Below, in pieces: positions 47,354-61,072 of a DNA stretch of 64,000 nucleotides (within the stretch, counting starts at the first letter, position 1; every line of letters starts with the position of its first letter). The translations under genes and the position numbers were made by a program. Below the pieces are notes generated by a model. It saw nothing but the letters and a program-made list of their open reading frames with translations, was not told the DNA's origin and searched no databases. Source of the DNA: Trichodelitschia bisporula (Eukaryota); the NCBI GenBank assembly GCA_010356995.1, contig ML996693.1:186001-250000 (forward strand), in the 5' to 3' direction.

Positions 47354-49237
47354 ATGGCTGAAGCTCAGCAGAGCCAAGCACTTCGAGTAGCTGTTATAGG
47401 CTGTGTGGGTACTTTGAGCTCCAGAGTTTCATCTACTAATATCGTGTAGGGACATGGCGCCCTCAAGTCCATATACTCGTCCGTCGCGAAAACCGCACAG
47501 CTAAAAGGCTGGGACGGAGTTGACCTCGTCATTATTGGAGGAGACTTCCAAGTACATATAACTCCTCACCCAGATTGATCAAATTGCTGATAACCTCAGG
47601 CTGTTCGTAATGCCTACGATCTTAACACCATGTCCGTGCCTCCCAAATATCGCCATCTGGGCGACTTCCACGAGTACTACTCCGGCGCCTACACTGCGCC
47701 ATACCTGACGATCTTCGTCGGCGGAAATCACGAGGCCAGCAGTTATCTGTCAGAACTGTTCTACGGAGGCTGGGTTGCACCCAATATCTACTACATGGGT
47801 GCTGCAAACGTGGTGCGTCTTGGTTCGCTCCGCATCGCTGGACTCTCGGGCATCTGGAAAGGGTTTGACTACAGGAAGACGCACTACGAGAGACTGCCAT
47901 ACAACGAAAGCGATGTGAAGGGCATATACCATGTTCGTCAGTTTGACACATGCAAACTCCTTCAAATTCAGACACAGATCGACATCGGCATGAGCCATGA
48001 TTGGCCTCGTGGCATTGAGTGGAAGGGTGATCACAAACAGCTGTTTCGCATCAAAAGTCACTTCGAGCAGGATGCTAGGACTGGCCAACTTGGGAGCGTG
48101 GCGGCAGATCTGGTTCTTCAGCGTCTGCGGCCGGCTTACTGGTTCAGTGCGCACATGCACGTCAAGTATGCGGCTACAATAGACTTCTCCGATGCTGTGG
48201 CCGAAGAGGCCAATGTCACCTCGAACGAGGCCGTCAAGCCTGCTTCAGTCGCAGCTACTTCATCAAAGAACACCGAGGAAATCGAACTGGATCTTGATGA
48301 CGATGCAGTTCCGGAGGAACCCAAGCCAGCCGCTCCTCTTCAAAACAGTGATGAGATCGATCTGGACCTGGATGGCGACACAGCTCCGGCGGCATCCATG
48401 CCCACCACTGCCGTTCAGAACAGCGACGAAATCAACCTGGACCTGGATGACGAACCCGAGCCCGCGGTACTCAAGCCCACTGTCCCTGTCCAGAGCATCG
48501 ACTACACCGGGCCAACATCCCAGCCCACAGCCTCAACAGTCCCCGAGTCCCTCCGCGCTCAACTCCCCGCCTCCTTCGCCCCCAAGCCCAAAATCAACCA
48601 AAACGATAATCACAAACCCCCCCAATCCGCCCCCGGCGCCACCAACAAAACAACCCGCTTCCTCGCCCTCGACAAGCTCCTCCCCGGCCGGGACTTCATG
48701 CAGCTCGTCGAAATCACCCCCTTGAACCCGTCGTCTGAACCGCTCTCCCGCCCTCTCCACCTGCAATACGACCCGGAATGGCTCGCCATTACCCGTGCCT
48801 TTGCGCCTGATTTCGTCTATGGCGACCGCGCGGCGAATCAGTTCCGCGAGAAACGCGCGGCTGAGTATGAGGCTGCCATCGCCAAGGCACGCGAATGGGT
48901 TGATGAGCATGTTGTGCGGGAGGACCGGCTGGGTGTGCCACTGGACTTTGTGCAAACGGCGCCGGTGTATGATCCTGCGCTTGGGCCTGAGGTTCATGAG
49001 GGGCCTCGAGAGTATACGAACCCGCATACGGCGACGTTTTGCGAGCTGCTTGGCATCGACAACCCGTTCCATGCGAGTGAAGAAGAGCGCGAGGCGAAGT
49101 TGAAGGCCGGACCGGCGGATGACAATCGTCGTTTCAGGGGATCGCGTGGTGGCCATGGCTGGCGGGGTGGCCGTGGGGATAGAGGCGGTGGTAGGGGATG
49201 GAGTAGAGGTGGAGGATGGAGAGGAAGAGGCAACTAG
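47354..49237 (+). CDS. DBR1: RNA lariat debranching enzyme; introns 47405-47449 and 47552-47599
   Basis: VAVIGC|GHG, GGDFQ|AVRN, FVGGNHEAS, SHDWPRGI, WFSAHMHVKY and TRFLALDK, plus an RGG tail. Confidence 0.95.
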
Positions 49238-49338
49238 ACTTCGCCATAGCGTTCACTGATCTCGCCCCAGGCATGAATATCACACCCCTAGCAAGCCTCA
49301 AAGACATCTATTCACACCCACACCCACCCTTCCCATAC

Positions 49339-50354
49339 TCAAGACATAAACTTCCCATCCACCCACTTCTGCCACCCCGCCCCGAGCACCGTCTCCGGCG
49401 ACACCGCGGCGGTAAGCTTCTTCGCAAACTTTACCCGGTTCCCCCCCGCCCCAGGCCCTGTATTCGCATACTCGCCGTAGTACACATTGCCCGTGCGCGC
49501 GTCGCCCCCGGCCCACTCCTTCCACCCCTGCCCGTTAATCACCTTGCTCATGCTCGTGTGCTGGAAGACGACGCGGCTGTACGCGCGCCAGGGGCGGCCG
49601 AGGTAGAACGCGCCGTCCGGGGCACTGCCGCCGACTGAAGACTTGTTGATGACGTAGAAGGAGGGGTTGGAGGCGGAGTCGCGGCCATTGGCTGGGGGGG
49701 AGGGGGGTTAGCCGGAACCAAATAGGGAAGGGGAGAAAGGGACGAACCAGTGATGTACCCCAACCCCGCATTCACGACGCGAATGTCCACCTGCTCAAAC
49801 CACGCCTGGCCATGCTGGCCGAAAATGAAATCCGTAGCCCCGGAAATCATACTCTTGACAAAAACATGCTTCCCCGCCTCGCTCAGCACCGTGTCCTGGA
49901 ACCCCTTGAACTGGCACGCGTAATAGCCTTGCTGATCGCCGTACGCGGACAGCGCGAGCGCCTGGCTGCCTTTCCCGAAACTATTCACGAAGTTGATGTT
50001 GTAGAACCTCAGCCCGTTGCCGTGCGCCCTCAGCGTCCCGGTCAAGTCGTTGCTCTTCCCGTCTTTCTGGCTGAAGCCGTGCGTGATGGTGACTGTGTTC
50101 CCGGAGTAAGAGTCCGGGCTGGAGCTGGACCCAATGAGGGTGAGTCCGTTTTTACCCGGCGGGATGTACACCTGCTCGTTGTAGGTGCCCGCGTGGATGA
50201 AGATTGTTTTGCCGGAGGTGGCGGCGTTGACGGCTGCTTGGACGGACTTGTATTGCCCGTCTTTTCCGACGATCAGGGCGCCGGGGGGAGGTGATGGACC
50301 GGCGAATACGCTGGCGAGGAGGACGCTGAGGGCAGCGATGAGGGGAACACGCAT
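49339..50354 (-). CDS. Pectinesterase (CE8), secreted; intron 49692-49747
   Basis: Signal peptide, GTYNEQV, QALAL, FQDT, GATDFIFG, IT|ANGR, YLGRPW and YGEYANTGPG. Confidence 0.93.
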
Positions 50355-51261
50355 TGCGGCGGATCAAACGGCAGACTCAGCCTTGCGAGGAACTTCGACA
50401 ACGGCAACGGACCCAAAGGAGTGGACTCTCGACAACACGACGAGAAAAGCGCACCAGAAAAAGAGAGTAAGACTTCAACCACAGCTGTTTCCGATTAGCC
50501 ACGCCGTCGCCGCAACCACCGGTAGGAGCATCCGATCTTATACAAGGCGGCTCGGACGTTTAAAGCCCTTGCAAGGCAAAGCCGTGTACACTATTTGGCA
50601 CACACTACTTGGCACGTCCGTCTGCCTCGCCCGTCCGTCTGCCTCACCCATCACCGCCACTAGTGACGGAAAAATGCCCCAGGTTGGTATGTTATGCCAG
50701 ACACGCCGGCGCCATGCCGTCGCGCGCGCCGATCAAGTCGCTATTCTTACTCCGGCCGCAGGGAGTTCGCGCCCGCATTGCGGGGCAATATGTGGAGTGC
50801 TGGGAGCGAAGGCGAGGTCGGCGTCGCGGGTTGAGGGCGCCAGGGGGGGAGTCATATCGGGTGCCCTACGGGGGTGTTTCATAGGTGGAGAGGGCGGAAC
50901 GTTGGCACTTGGGGACAATCTATGGCGGAACATAGACGGCGGGATGGAAGGCTGCATTGGGACTTTAAGGCTTCATTATGTGTTTGCTTTATGTGCCAGT
51001 GTACGGACGAGAGATGATATCCCGCCAGCCCGCTGGTGTACATACATACCTCCACCTCTGCCCATCCCCGAGCGAATCCAAACATCTACCACTAAACGCG
51101 GGTATCACCACCGCTAATACGCCACCTTCACTCCGGAGAAGAGCGGTACAAAATGGAAGCTCGTCTTTGCCAACAGAATAAGAGTGGCCAAGAAAGGGGC
51201 CCCAGTCCCGCCAGGCGTGTAGAAAAATGTAGAAAACAGAAGAACATTAGAAAGCCCCCCC

Positions 51262-52293
51262 CTAACAGCTCACCAACTGCACCGCCTGCAAATGCACCGG
51301 CTCACACTGCGGCGCAATCCACGTGTCGTAAAGGTTGCTGAAATCGCCACTGCGGCACTGCCAGAAGACATACGACCCGCCCAGCGCAAGCGAGCTATTC
51401 TGCCCCACGCAAAAGCCGGCCGTGATAATCGCGCCATGCTGCGGAGGATCATCGAACCTGCACCGTTAGCCTCTGCCCCAATCCCACCTTCAAGACCGCA
51501 AGACTCACTGAAACTGATGATTATCCGCAATATACCCCGTCCACCCCCTCCCATCCTTCAACACCCCCCCGGCCAACTTCAGCGTAAGCGTATGCTTCGG
51601 CTCATCCTTCGTACACACGCGCAACGCATCCCCCGCCTGGCTAACCTCCACCGCCCCCACGGCCGCAACCGCATCCGCCGCCTCTGTGGCCCGCTTCCCA
51701 ACCTTCTTCACCGACCCCGTCGCCCGTGCGATTTCCACCCGCGCCGCCTTGCTCGGCATCTGGATCTGCCCGTCCCCAATCTGCTTCACGAGGTACACAC
51801 TCGCCATCGCGCCCGCCACACGCACCGCCGCACTAGGCGTCGCCACAACCGCCGCGCTCGCCGCGCTAACCGTCCTCCGCACCGTAACCGTGCGCGTATT
51901 CGTCGTCGTGCTGCGGACCGTAGTCGTGGAATCTACCCCGTCAACCGCCGGGCCCGCAGGCGCCGCAGGCGCAGCCGTGATGGCCGGTTTAGCGGCAGCG
52001 GAGGCAGAGGCCTTCGGGGGCGCGGGCGCAGACTCGACGATGGCCGGTTTGGCAGACGCCGAGGGCGCGACGACGGAGTTGATTTTGACGGTCGCAGTCG
52101 CGGGCGCGACGCCGCGCGGGGGCCCGCCGTCGGCGGACACGGGGATCGCCGCGATGCCGAAGGTTTTGTCCCAGTCGACTCTGCAGCCGGGCGGGTTGGG
52201 GGCTTTCGGGGCGATTTTGTCGTAGACGCCTTGTGGGAAAGGGTTGGCGAGGGCGTAGCCCGCCGCCGCAGCCAGCAGAAAAGCGCGCGTCAT
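51262..52293 (-). CDS. PIR/Cis3-like cell wall protein; intron 51458-51508
   Basis: Signal peptide and one PIR repeat (QIGDGQIQ). The C-terminal domain reads LKDGRG..GYIADNHQFQ|FDDPPQHGAI...WQCRSGDFSNLYD...C. Confidence 0.9.
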
Positions 52294-53119
52294 CGGATTT
52301 TGAACTTGAGGATTAAGGAGTGACGGTGGTGGATGGGATTAGCTGTTGCTTTTTGCTGGAGATACGGCCAGTTCCGTTGTGGTGAAACGAGAGACGTGGG
52401 GAGTTTGAGAGAGCGGGAGAGGAAGAGACGCGCGGGCAGGGAGCAAAGGGACGAGAGTCTTGTATGGGGTGTGCCAGGGCTGGGCAGAGATTGCGAAGGA
52501 TGAGATTGCACTATGACGGCAGCCGTCATTCTGATCAGATTGCATAACCGGCGGCGAGGCAAGCTACCAAGAGTGGTTGGAGGGCTGGAATCAGGTTGGG
52601 GGTTGATGCAATATATCTTTGACACCCTGGCCCGGTCGCGTATGCAAGGTACCACGCATCCACGCTTGAGCTTGTGATTACCGTGGTTGTCAAGCCGACG
52701 GATGAAAGAATCGAAGGCTAGACAGGACAGGATGTGTCCCTACATTAGAAATTCCAGAATCGAGGCTGCACTGAGAAGAAAGGAATTCACGATGTGTACA
52801 AACCTTGGGCCTCCGGAGCCTTGTCTCATATGCAATATATCACCGACACAGCCGCGGACTTCCTATTGCGGCGAGGCGGCCAAGTGGCGGCAAGGCATCA
52901 CAGCAAGGCCAAGGCGCCGGCACAGACACATATAACACCGGACGTACGCAATTCACGTCCAATTGCATTTCTAACTTCTAATTGGGGCTAAGATGGTTAG
53001 CCGCGTCCCCACAAACAATGCCGTGGTTCAGAGGGGCTTACATCAGCTTTGGTCTATATGTGGCCAATGAGCACTTGGCTTGCGGCTCCTCCACATTTTC
53101 ATGACTCGGGCGACGTCTC

Positions 53120-54830
53120 TCATTCCAGAAGCTTTTCAAGGCGACGAACACGCTCCCGGACATCGTCGCACGTGAGTTGGCTCTCACGGCAACCAGCTGT
53201 CAGGTCATGGATGAACTTCCTAACACCCTTGTACGCTGACCCTTCCGGCTTCACGACGGTACCTTCACGGATCGCGCTAAGCTCCGTGACACGCTCAAAG
53301 CCTTTGACAGTCAGTATACGAAAGAGGTAAGGTGGTAAAAGCCTTACCCGTGCTGAGCGGGAACAGCAGCTCAAAAGTGATGACCCCCAAAGCGTAAAGG
53401 TCCAAGGTCCGCAGAGGTAGATCTGTAGTGTTCTCCGGGCGGTACAGGACCGTTCCAAGGTTCTTCAAACCCCGATCGCTCTCGCTCTGTTCGATCATGT
53501 CCATGGCCAAGCCAAAGTCTCCAATGCATACTGTCAGGTACCGGCCCTTCGAGAGCCATTTCTCGCGCTCTCCAGCAACGCAGTTGTTGCAGGCCCCCAG
53601 GTCGATGCAGGTGGGCGTTCGATGGTCCTGTAGCGCCAAGAAGATGTTGGTGGGCTTCAAGTCGCGGTGTGCCATATCGCGGCTGTGCAGGTACTCGACG
53701 CCATCCAATATGGCCAGGAAGACCTTCATCGACACCAGTGGGTGGAAGCAGTGGCGCAGACCGACGTAGCAATCGTCCACACAAGGTTCATCAGCCTTGA
53801 TACCCTCTAAGAACCCCGCAAGCGTGAACGGATGCAGCGACATCTGAATGTGGAGGGCCAGAACTGGCTCAGGACTCAGTTCGACAGGAGGGCCAATAGG
53901 TCCAAAGGCCAGGGCATCTTGCATGTTTGACAGATCCCACGTGCTGCTATGAGAGAAGCGAGCTGACGCGACTGCATCGGAATTGTACCTATGCGCCGCA
54001 TCGTTTTCGGCTGCATCGTCGGTTACCACACCATCGGTCTCCTCATCATCCTCGGCGTACGAGTCCAGAGTGTCAACGTACTCGTCATCCGACGAAGCTG
54101 GTGAGGGCAAAGTATACTCAAGCCAGCCCGCGTGGTATCGAACGATGTTGGGATGGGCGCACTCAGCCAGTTTGCGCAACTCGCGAAGAAGCGCCTCAAG
54201 TGCCCCGGGGCCGTGCATCTGGATCTTGCGAATATCCTTGGCCTTGAAGAGGATGCGCTTAACTGCATAGAGACCGCCGTCGAGCTTGTGCTGAGCCTTG
54301 TACACTTTGCCGAAGCCTCCTTCGCCGATGCGAGCGATATGGACGAAATCCTTCTCGTATCTACACTGGTCGACATAGCCTCGGAGAACTTCCGGCACTT
54401 CGGGAATCAACCGGTTGTTGGCGATGAGTTGCTCGTACGCCCCCTGCAGCGGCGCAAGCTCCATTGAGTCTGCCAAACGAGGCAGATCGAGGCCATCAAC
54501 GTCGTCCGAGTCGTCGGGCCCGGGTGCTGTGCTGGCAAGATGGTCGAGGCCTTTGCGATATGTCTCTCGCATGACGTTCTGGTCCGGGCGAACGGCGTTG
54601 ATGAGCTGATGCTCCGAGAGCTGCGTCGCCATGTACTCGTACTTCTTGCGGGCCAGGTGCTGGACATCTGGATGGTCCTTGGTGTACGCGACGGCGTTTA
54701 TGCTGCGTTCGTCCTGCTCGCGGTAGAAGGCCAAGGCCTCGTTCAGGCATTTGTCCTCGAGCAGCGCATGTACTATCATGTCGCTGTGGGAAGAGGGGCC
54801 AGAGAAGCGTGAGGGCATTGAGAGCGCCAT
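53120..54830 (-). CDS. eIF2-alpha kinase family (HRI/PEK-like) protein kinase; intron 53302-53347
   Basis: IGEGGFGKV, YAVKRI, HPNIVRYHAGWLE, acidic insert, LHIQM, HRDLKPTNIF and IGDFGLA. Confidence 0.88.
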
Positions 54831-55664
54831 GGTGGAGGAGGAGGTTGCAGGTTTGTTGCTGCTGGAAGGTGAGCGTCTAGGAGAGGAGTTGATGGTGGAG
54901 GAGGTATATCAATCGCCAAGAAGGGTGCTGGCCAGTTCCAAGTGTGTCTCCATGCGGAAAAATGAATGAATCGCAAATGCTAAGGTGTGTATACGACTGA
55001 AGTTGTAAAGGAGGGGTGAAATGATAAGACTGGTATGACAATGCGTCTCGGCGATGAGTACTCGGGCGACGACAGTACGCCCTACAGTATTTACATTGCA
55101 CTACAACGAGGGAAAGGGCTGAGCTGCAGGCTGCAAACCACAGCCCATGCAGTTAAGTGGCAGAGGATGTGCAGGAAGTGACGAACAATCAACGAAGAGT
55201 CACAACAATGCTATCGGGGCGGAGGTTCTCCCGCGAATCTCGGAGGCCTGGAGTTGTTAACTGCGGGTAGCGCGTAGTCACGTGGGATCTAACCGCACAA
55301 GGAATAGCTGTCGATCCGGATGTTGCACCGGCTCTTGGCAATGCTTATGTCATGCTTCCCGAACTGTATCTTCCCAAGGGCCAAGAAATGCGCGGCGGAG
55401 AGACCACACAGACCACAGATAGCAGAGTAGCGACGACGCGACGCAGTTGAGATCACCATCGTCCTCAGAACTCTTTTTGCGCTCCACCAACAAAACTTCT
55501 CGCTCATTCGTCCACGCCACACGCAAGTTTGCGCATATTACAACGTCCATCTTCCTCTAGGAAGCTACCGCTCTTTAAGTTTCTCCCTGGCCTGTTGGCT
55601 GCGGAAACCCTCATCGAACTTCGGGTCGCGACCCGTGCCATCGCGCGCAGAGCCATCTCCCACA

Positions 55665-57562
55665 ATGGCATCATATCCTGCGTACCAGACTTCTTCGCGA
55701 GAGAACCCGCCACATGCCTTCCTCTCGACCTACGCGCCACGCATTCGTACCTACGGCAATGCGCTCCTCACGCCCGTTATCCCGCAAACGGCTGCGATCC
55801 CCGTCCCGCGCACCACCAAGCGCGGAACTACAGCTATCAATTACGCAGAAGACGGGTTCGACGATGATGACTTCGATGACAGCGAAGGCCGGAGACGCCC
55901 AACAGGATTGCGGAGTTTGCGCAAAGAGGACAGCAGCCAGGATCTCAGTGCCTTTCATGCCGCGCAGCTGGGCAAGGAACTGACTGCGCCGGTTGAAATA
56001 CAAGGCGTGTGGCGCGAGTGGATGGCCAAACCGAAGCGACTCATGTGAGCAGTGCCTGATAATACGTTTTGCAGCGCTGACTTGATAGGACCGACAAGCA
56101 ATGCACGGCGCAAGCTGCGCTGCCTCTCGTCCTGATCCCCATCCGCATTGACCTCGACATACAACCCTTCAGACCTGATCGCCCACTGCCCTTGCCGCAC
56201 AATGCGCGCGAAATGGGGGTGGACGAGACTGCGCCTGCCTACCGGACACAGGAAATGACGCCCGCATACCGGCTGAAGGATTCCTTCCTTTGGAACCTTC
56301 ACGAGGGCGTCATCACGCCTGACATGTTTGCGAAGGGGTTGGTGGACGAGCTCGATTTCCCTCCTGAACGTAAGAATATAATCATCGGGCAAATTGTGAC
56401 GCAAATCCGCACTCAGCTCGAAGAGTACGCGGGCGTCGCGCTTCACCCGCTCTTCGACTCTGGGAGCGCGGCGCATGCGCCTTCTCTTCCACCTACCGCA
56501 GCCGCGACAACTGCGCCGGCGAGCCAGCTTAACGGTGTTATGTCGCAAACGTCCACACCCGCTCCGACCACGAGCCGCTCGACCCCCTTTTCCAACGTTA
56601 TCAAATCCAAGACACCCGCGCCCTCAGCCCCGGCTACGCCTAACGAAGCTGTCACGGTTTCGGCCACCATGCCTCGTGCCAACGAACATGATCCTGACGA
56701 TGCTTACCGCTGCATTATTAATCTAAGCATAAACCTAACCAATCGCCTCTACAGCGACAAGTTCGAGTGGTCACTCCTCCACCCGGTAGGTTTCGCAGAG
56801 AACTTCGCTCGCGTGACATGTGCGGATCTCGGCCTGGCATCGGAGTGGGTCGGCGCCATGGCCCACGCTATCTACGAAGCCGTTCTTCGCCTCAAAAAAG
56901 AAGTATGCGAAAATGGCGGTCTTGTCGGTGGCGACATCGACAATGACGCGGCCGAGGGCGTTGCCTCGGGATGGCGCTACGAACCAGAACGCCTCGCGGC
57001 AGACTGGGAACCGCAAGTCGAGGTGCTCTCGAAGGAAGAGATTGAGCGTCGCGAGGTCGAACGCGAACGTCAAATGCGCCGCCTGCGACGCGAGACCGCG
57101 CGCTTCTCAAGCACAACCAATATCGCCGCCATGGGGTCCGTGGGCAACTCGCTAGACTACTTCGGCGACGCCACGCCTGGCGGCGAACAACTAGGGCGTG
57201 GCGAGCGCACAAAGAAGAAACGTCGTTTCCGCAGCCTGAGCCCACTGGGCCGCGAGACCCCAGACGCGGGAGGCTACGGAGGTGCGGGAGGCAACCTTGC
57301 CGACTGGTATGAAGTCTCCGGCGCAATCCGGTTCCGTATTACATACCCTGACTCTTACTCTAGGGAGCGCGCAAACTGGCGATGCTCACACTGCATGGTC
57401 TGGGGGACGGCGGTTTGGGCTGTGCGGGATGGACCTGCGGGTCCGCGGACGCTGTGCCATAACTGTGGGTTCCTGTATGAGCGCGACAAGGTGCTGCCGC
57501 CGGCGTCGAAGGAGCTGTTTGCGGTGGAGAGGCCGGTGGGGATCGGGCCGGTTGGTCGCTAG
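55665..57562 (+). CDS. SFH1: RSC chromatin remodelling subunit Sfh1 (SNF5 domain + C-terminal GATA-type zinc finger); introns 56045-56088 and 57307-57363
   Basis: LIPIRIDLD, LKDSFLWNLHE, YSDKFEWSL, WEPQVEVLSKEEIERRE and CSHC...RDGPAGPRTLCHNCG. Confidence 0.92.
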
Positions 57563-59149
57563 ATCATGGGCGGCGGCGTTGAGTGGCATTGGGGGCATTC
57601 TTGGGTGCGGTGTTTGAGTATCATGGGTGGGTATGTTCTCGTAGCTCGGGAGGGCTGTGTGGGATGGGGCTCGGTCGTAATTGAGCCTGTGTTATTTGTG
57701 GAGTCTGTATCTCGTTGTGCTGATTAGCTACGTGGTGTGAGAGCTGCTCCTATATGGGTTGCTGGTACTTTCAAAAGCTGACTTCCGGCCCTCTTCCCCG
57801 GATACGTTTTTCTGTTGCTAACACAGGGGACTTCCTCTCCGACCGTCGAGCAGGTGGCACCTGCCAGACGCAGGTGGGACGTGGCTGCCTGGACTGCTCG
57901 GAGCGGCAAGCGGGATGGAGGTGGGACGGAAGGTACGATGAAGCTCTGGCCGGAACGAGCTCTGGCCGGCGTCGCTATATCAAGGTCGATGTCCGCCCTT
58001 CTTTTCCTCATCTTCTCATCACTCAAAACGCAATCTTGTCATTCTTACATCTTCTCCCTTGGTCGGTGCACCACGGGTGGTGGACGACCATCCGTTGTCA
58101 GGTAAGCAAAGCCCTCTCGAGGTACTTCACCATGCGACATGAGCCTGACCACAGCAGGGCGCAAGATCGTCATGGACGCAATCAAGCAGTATAAGTCTGA
58201 GATGATTGAGAGGATGGAGGTATATATATAACATCCTCCGCCCTAGAGAGTCCTAACAACCGTCTTAGGCCTTCGTCACCGACCTTCAAGAGGGATGCCA
58301 TGCCTTCCTCAAGGCTGCCTCAAGCACCACATAACCATCATGTCAATCAATCAAAAGGTCGTCCGACGAACGTGGCTCAGCAATACAAGACGTTCTGCTT
58401 GGTAACGGGGAACTCCGGTAGAGCTGGTTGGCGGGCCATCGATCCAGGCGTCAACAGGTGGCCCCGGTTAAACTCCAGGATCGATCAAAGACTTACCAAA
58501 CGACAATCATCATCATTCAACACATCGGGTCACATCTCCAAGCACCATTACCGCAACCGTCCAAACTTCTGCCTTTTCTCGTCCTACGGTAGCCCACAGC
58601 GCGGCGCCGTTCCGAGGAAGAAGTCCTACACACCACCATTCCTCAGCCCTAACCAACGCGTAGGGATTACTCGTCTATCAACTCCTCATGCTGGTCTGCG
58701 CGGGTATGCTCGCCAATGTGTTCATCCTGGCTGTCCTCGACAGCTGGATGAGCGAGAACCCGGGGTTTGAGCTTATGCTTAGCCTTGCCCCATATCGCAG
58801 CCAAGTCCCCTCCGGCATAAAGCGGTTAACTCCCAGACGGATGGGGCCATCTACTGCATCAACACTCCAACCCCTAGGGCCCCTCTCCTTCTCCTCGAAT
58901 GTAAGAGGTCGAGCCTGGCGGAGCAGTATAAGTTCCAAGTGTACGGGGAATGCCTGGGCTGTGCCCAAGCCCGGGCATCCGAAGCTGAAACAAACGACGT
59001 GCGGGTGCGTCTGTACCTGCGTCCTGCGTAGCCAGTAGGAGCCCTCCATGGCGCCGGCCGGTACTTAGACCGGCCGGACCCAGCCACTTTGTAGAGCTAT
59101 GTCAGTTTGTGTGTTTCACCCCTACCCCCTTGCTTGCTCGTCACCGCTT

Positions 59150-59410
59150 ACCCTTGGGCCCCATGGCCGCGAGCTGGCAGACGTCATCGACGCGGTTACC
59201 CCTTTTCTAGCCGCCCTCGATCGCGGCTACCTCATGGAGCTAGAAGCGAGCCACGAGTTGGGCATTGAGCTCGCCCTTCGGTGCCGTTCTATCCTTGTCG
59301 AAAACGGCATCGAAGATATGCACGTGGAAATTCGAGAATCCGAAGTTACTGGCTTTGCATCGCTGTACAAACCCGCCATCAGCGCTAACCCTGCCGCCCC
59401 TGTTTCTCTG
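59150..59410 (+). pseudogene. Probable gene fragment of a fungal hypothetical-protein family
   Basis: A protein-like segment (GIELALRCRSILVENGIEDMHVEIRESEVT..LYKPAISANP) sits in otherwise non-coding-looking sequence. The family is recognised only loosely. Confidence 0.35.
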
Positions 59411-61072
59411 CGCCTTTACGCTCGCGTTCATCGGCGATATGCCGCAGCAGCAGGCAACTCAGGTTTCCTGGCACAGAACGCCAAGCACGAATGTCGAAGC
59501 TGCAACGTCGATGTCGACGAGCGAGGTAACCTTGAGATGGATAACGTTGCTAGAACAGGATTGAGCCGGTCTGCTTCTTTCGCCAGAATGTTGAAATCGG
59601 CAGAGTGCAATTACTGGCCCACAGAAATGGAAGTCGCGAGGATTGTCTCGGCAGTGCGTAAGTCACGACGCATGATTCGTATGACGGATCTCTCGGTTGT
59701 GGTCTTCACGGTTGAAAGGGGTGACAAAGAGTGAGGGGTATGTCAAACGAGTATGTGTCAGGCACAGTATGTCTCTGTGGGAACTTAACCAGTGTCAACA
59801 ACCCGCCGCCGGTTCGTCAGAGCCTCGACCTCTCAGCTACGCCGTAGGGATGGACGACGTCATCTCACGCGCCTTCGACGACGGCGATGCCCAGGACGGG
59901 CAGGAGGTTGAGGGTCCACGTGCGCCGCCGGGTACACCTGTCACTGGGCCGCTGGCCGATGCGTTCGCGCTCAACGGCCTGCCAGAGGAGGATGACGAGG
60001 ACGAGGACGGCGAGCTGGAAGCTCGACCACCACGACACAGCATGACTTCAACAACATCAGTTGGACAACATTGTTTGCACAACAACATTAAGGTGATGCA
60101 TTCGCAGGAGTGTTGAGGCATTTCCAGGTCGTGTGACCGTGGTATGGTTGCCCTAGGATACGACCCTTCCACTTGCGGTTTAGCTTCGGTTTCTCGGCTG
60201 TTAGCGCCTTGCCATTCCCACAGTTCTGTATCGTACCAACGTAGATAGATTTCCGGAGCTTCCTCCATCTCCACTACAATCCATCACTGTTTTGTGGTCT
60301 CTTCCCCCTCATCAAGGAGCTCGCATTTTTTGAAGGCGGGGTGGTTGTCACAGGACCGTCCAGTGATCACATGTCAAGGGACTCATCAGCGATTACCATC
60401 GTTGACGAGAAATGGCTTCCAGAGGTAGGCATCAGCGATATCATGGCATTCACGCCCGAGCAATGTAAACATCGCATCCGTATAGATAGCTCTAGTTTCC
60501 ACGCTCGCTGATCATGCCATCGCTTCTTCATCCTCCTCTGGTCCCGTGCTATGTTTGATAGCATGGAACCTGATTTTGACTGCGCGGCAAATAGATGTGT
60601 GGGCGCACCGGAGGGCGGCGGGAGGTGTCATGTCTATAGCATCGTAGGAATAGGAATCCGAGTCGCAGGGAGTCATTTGTTCACCTGGAGAACACAACGT
60701 CCATCGGATCATGTGGCGATCATGCTGCCTGCTGAGATGAATGACAAGGCTGGGAAACTACGTGTCCGCAGTCTGTGAGCGTGATATCGACCTCCCGCCG
60801 GACCAGCCTCAGCCTTGCCAGCCACCCTTGAGTGCCACAGCATCGTGATCACCCCCAACTCCCATCAGTATCAACGCATCCAGATCTCACAAGTGACATG
60901 TACCACAACAAGCAAGATGCCGCACCCGAACAGCGCCCATCGCGCTACAGTTACCCTCCCCACAACAATATCCCTACAAAAAGCACCCCGCGCCCTCAAG
61001 AAATACAGGCATCAAACGCCATATCCCACCACCATCCAAAACGCCATCCCACCCAGCCCAAACCCACACCAT

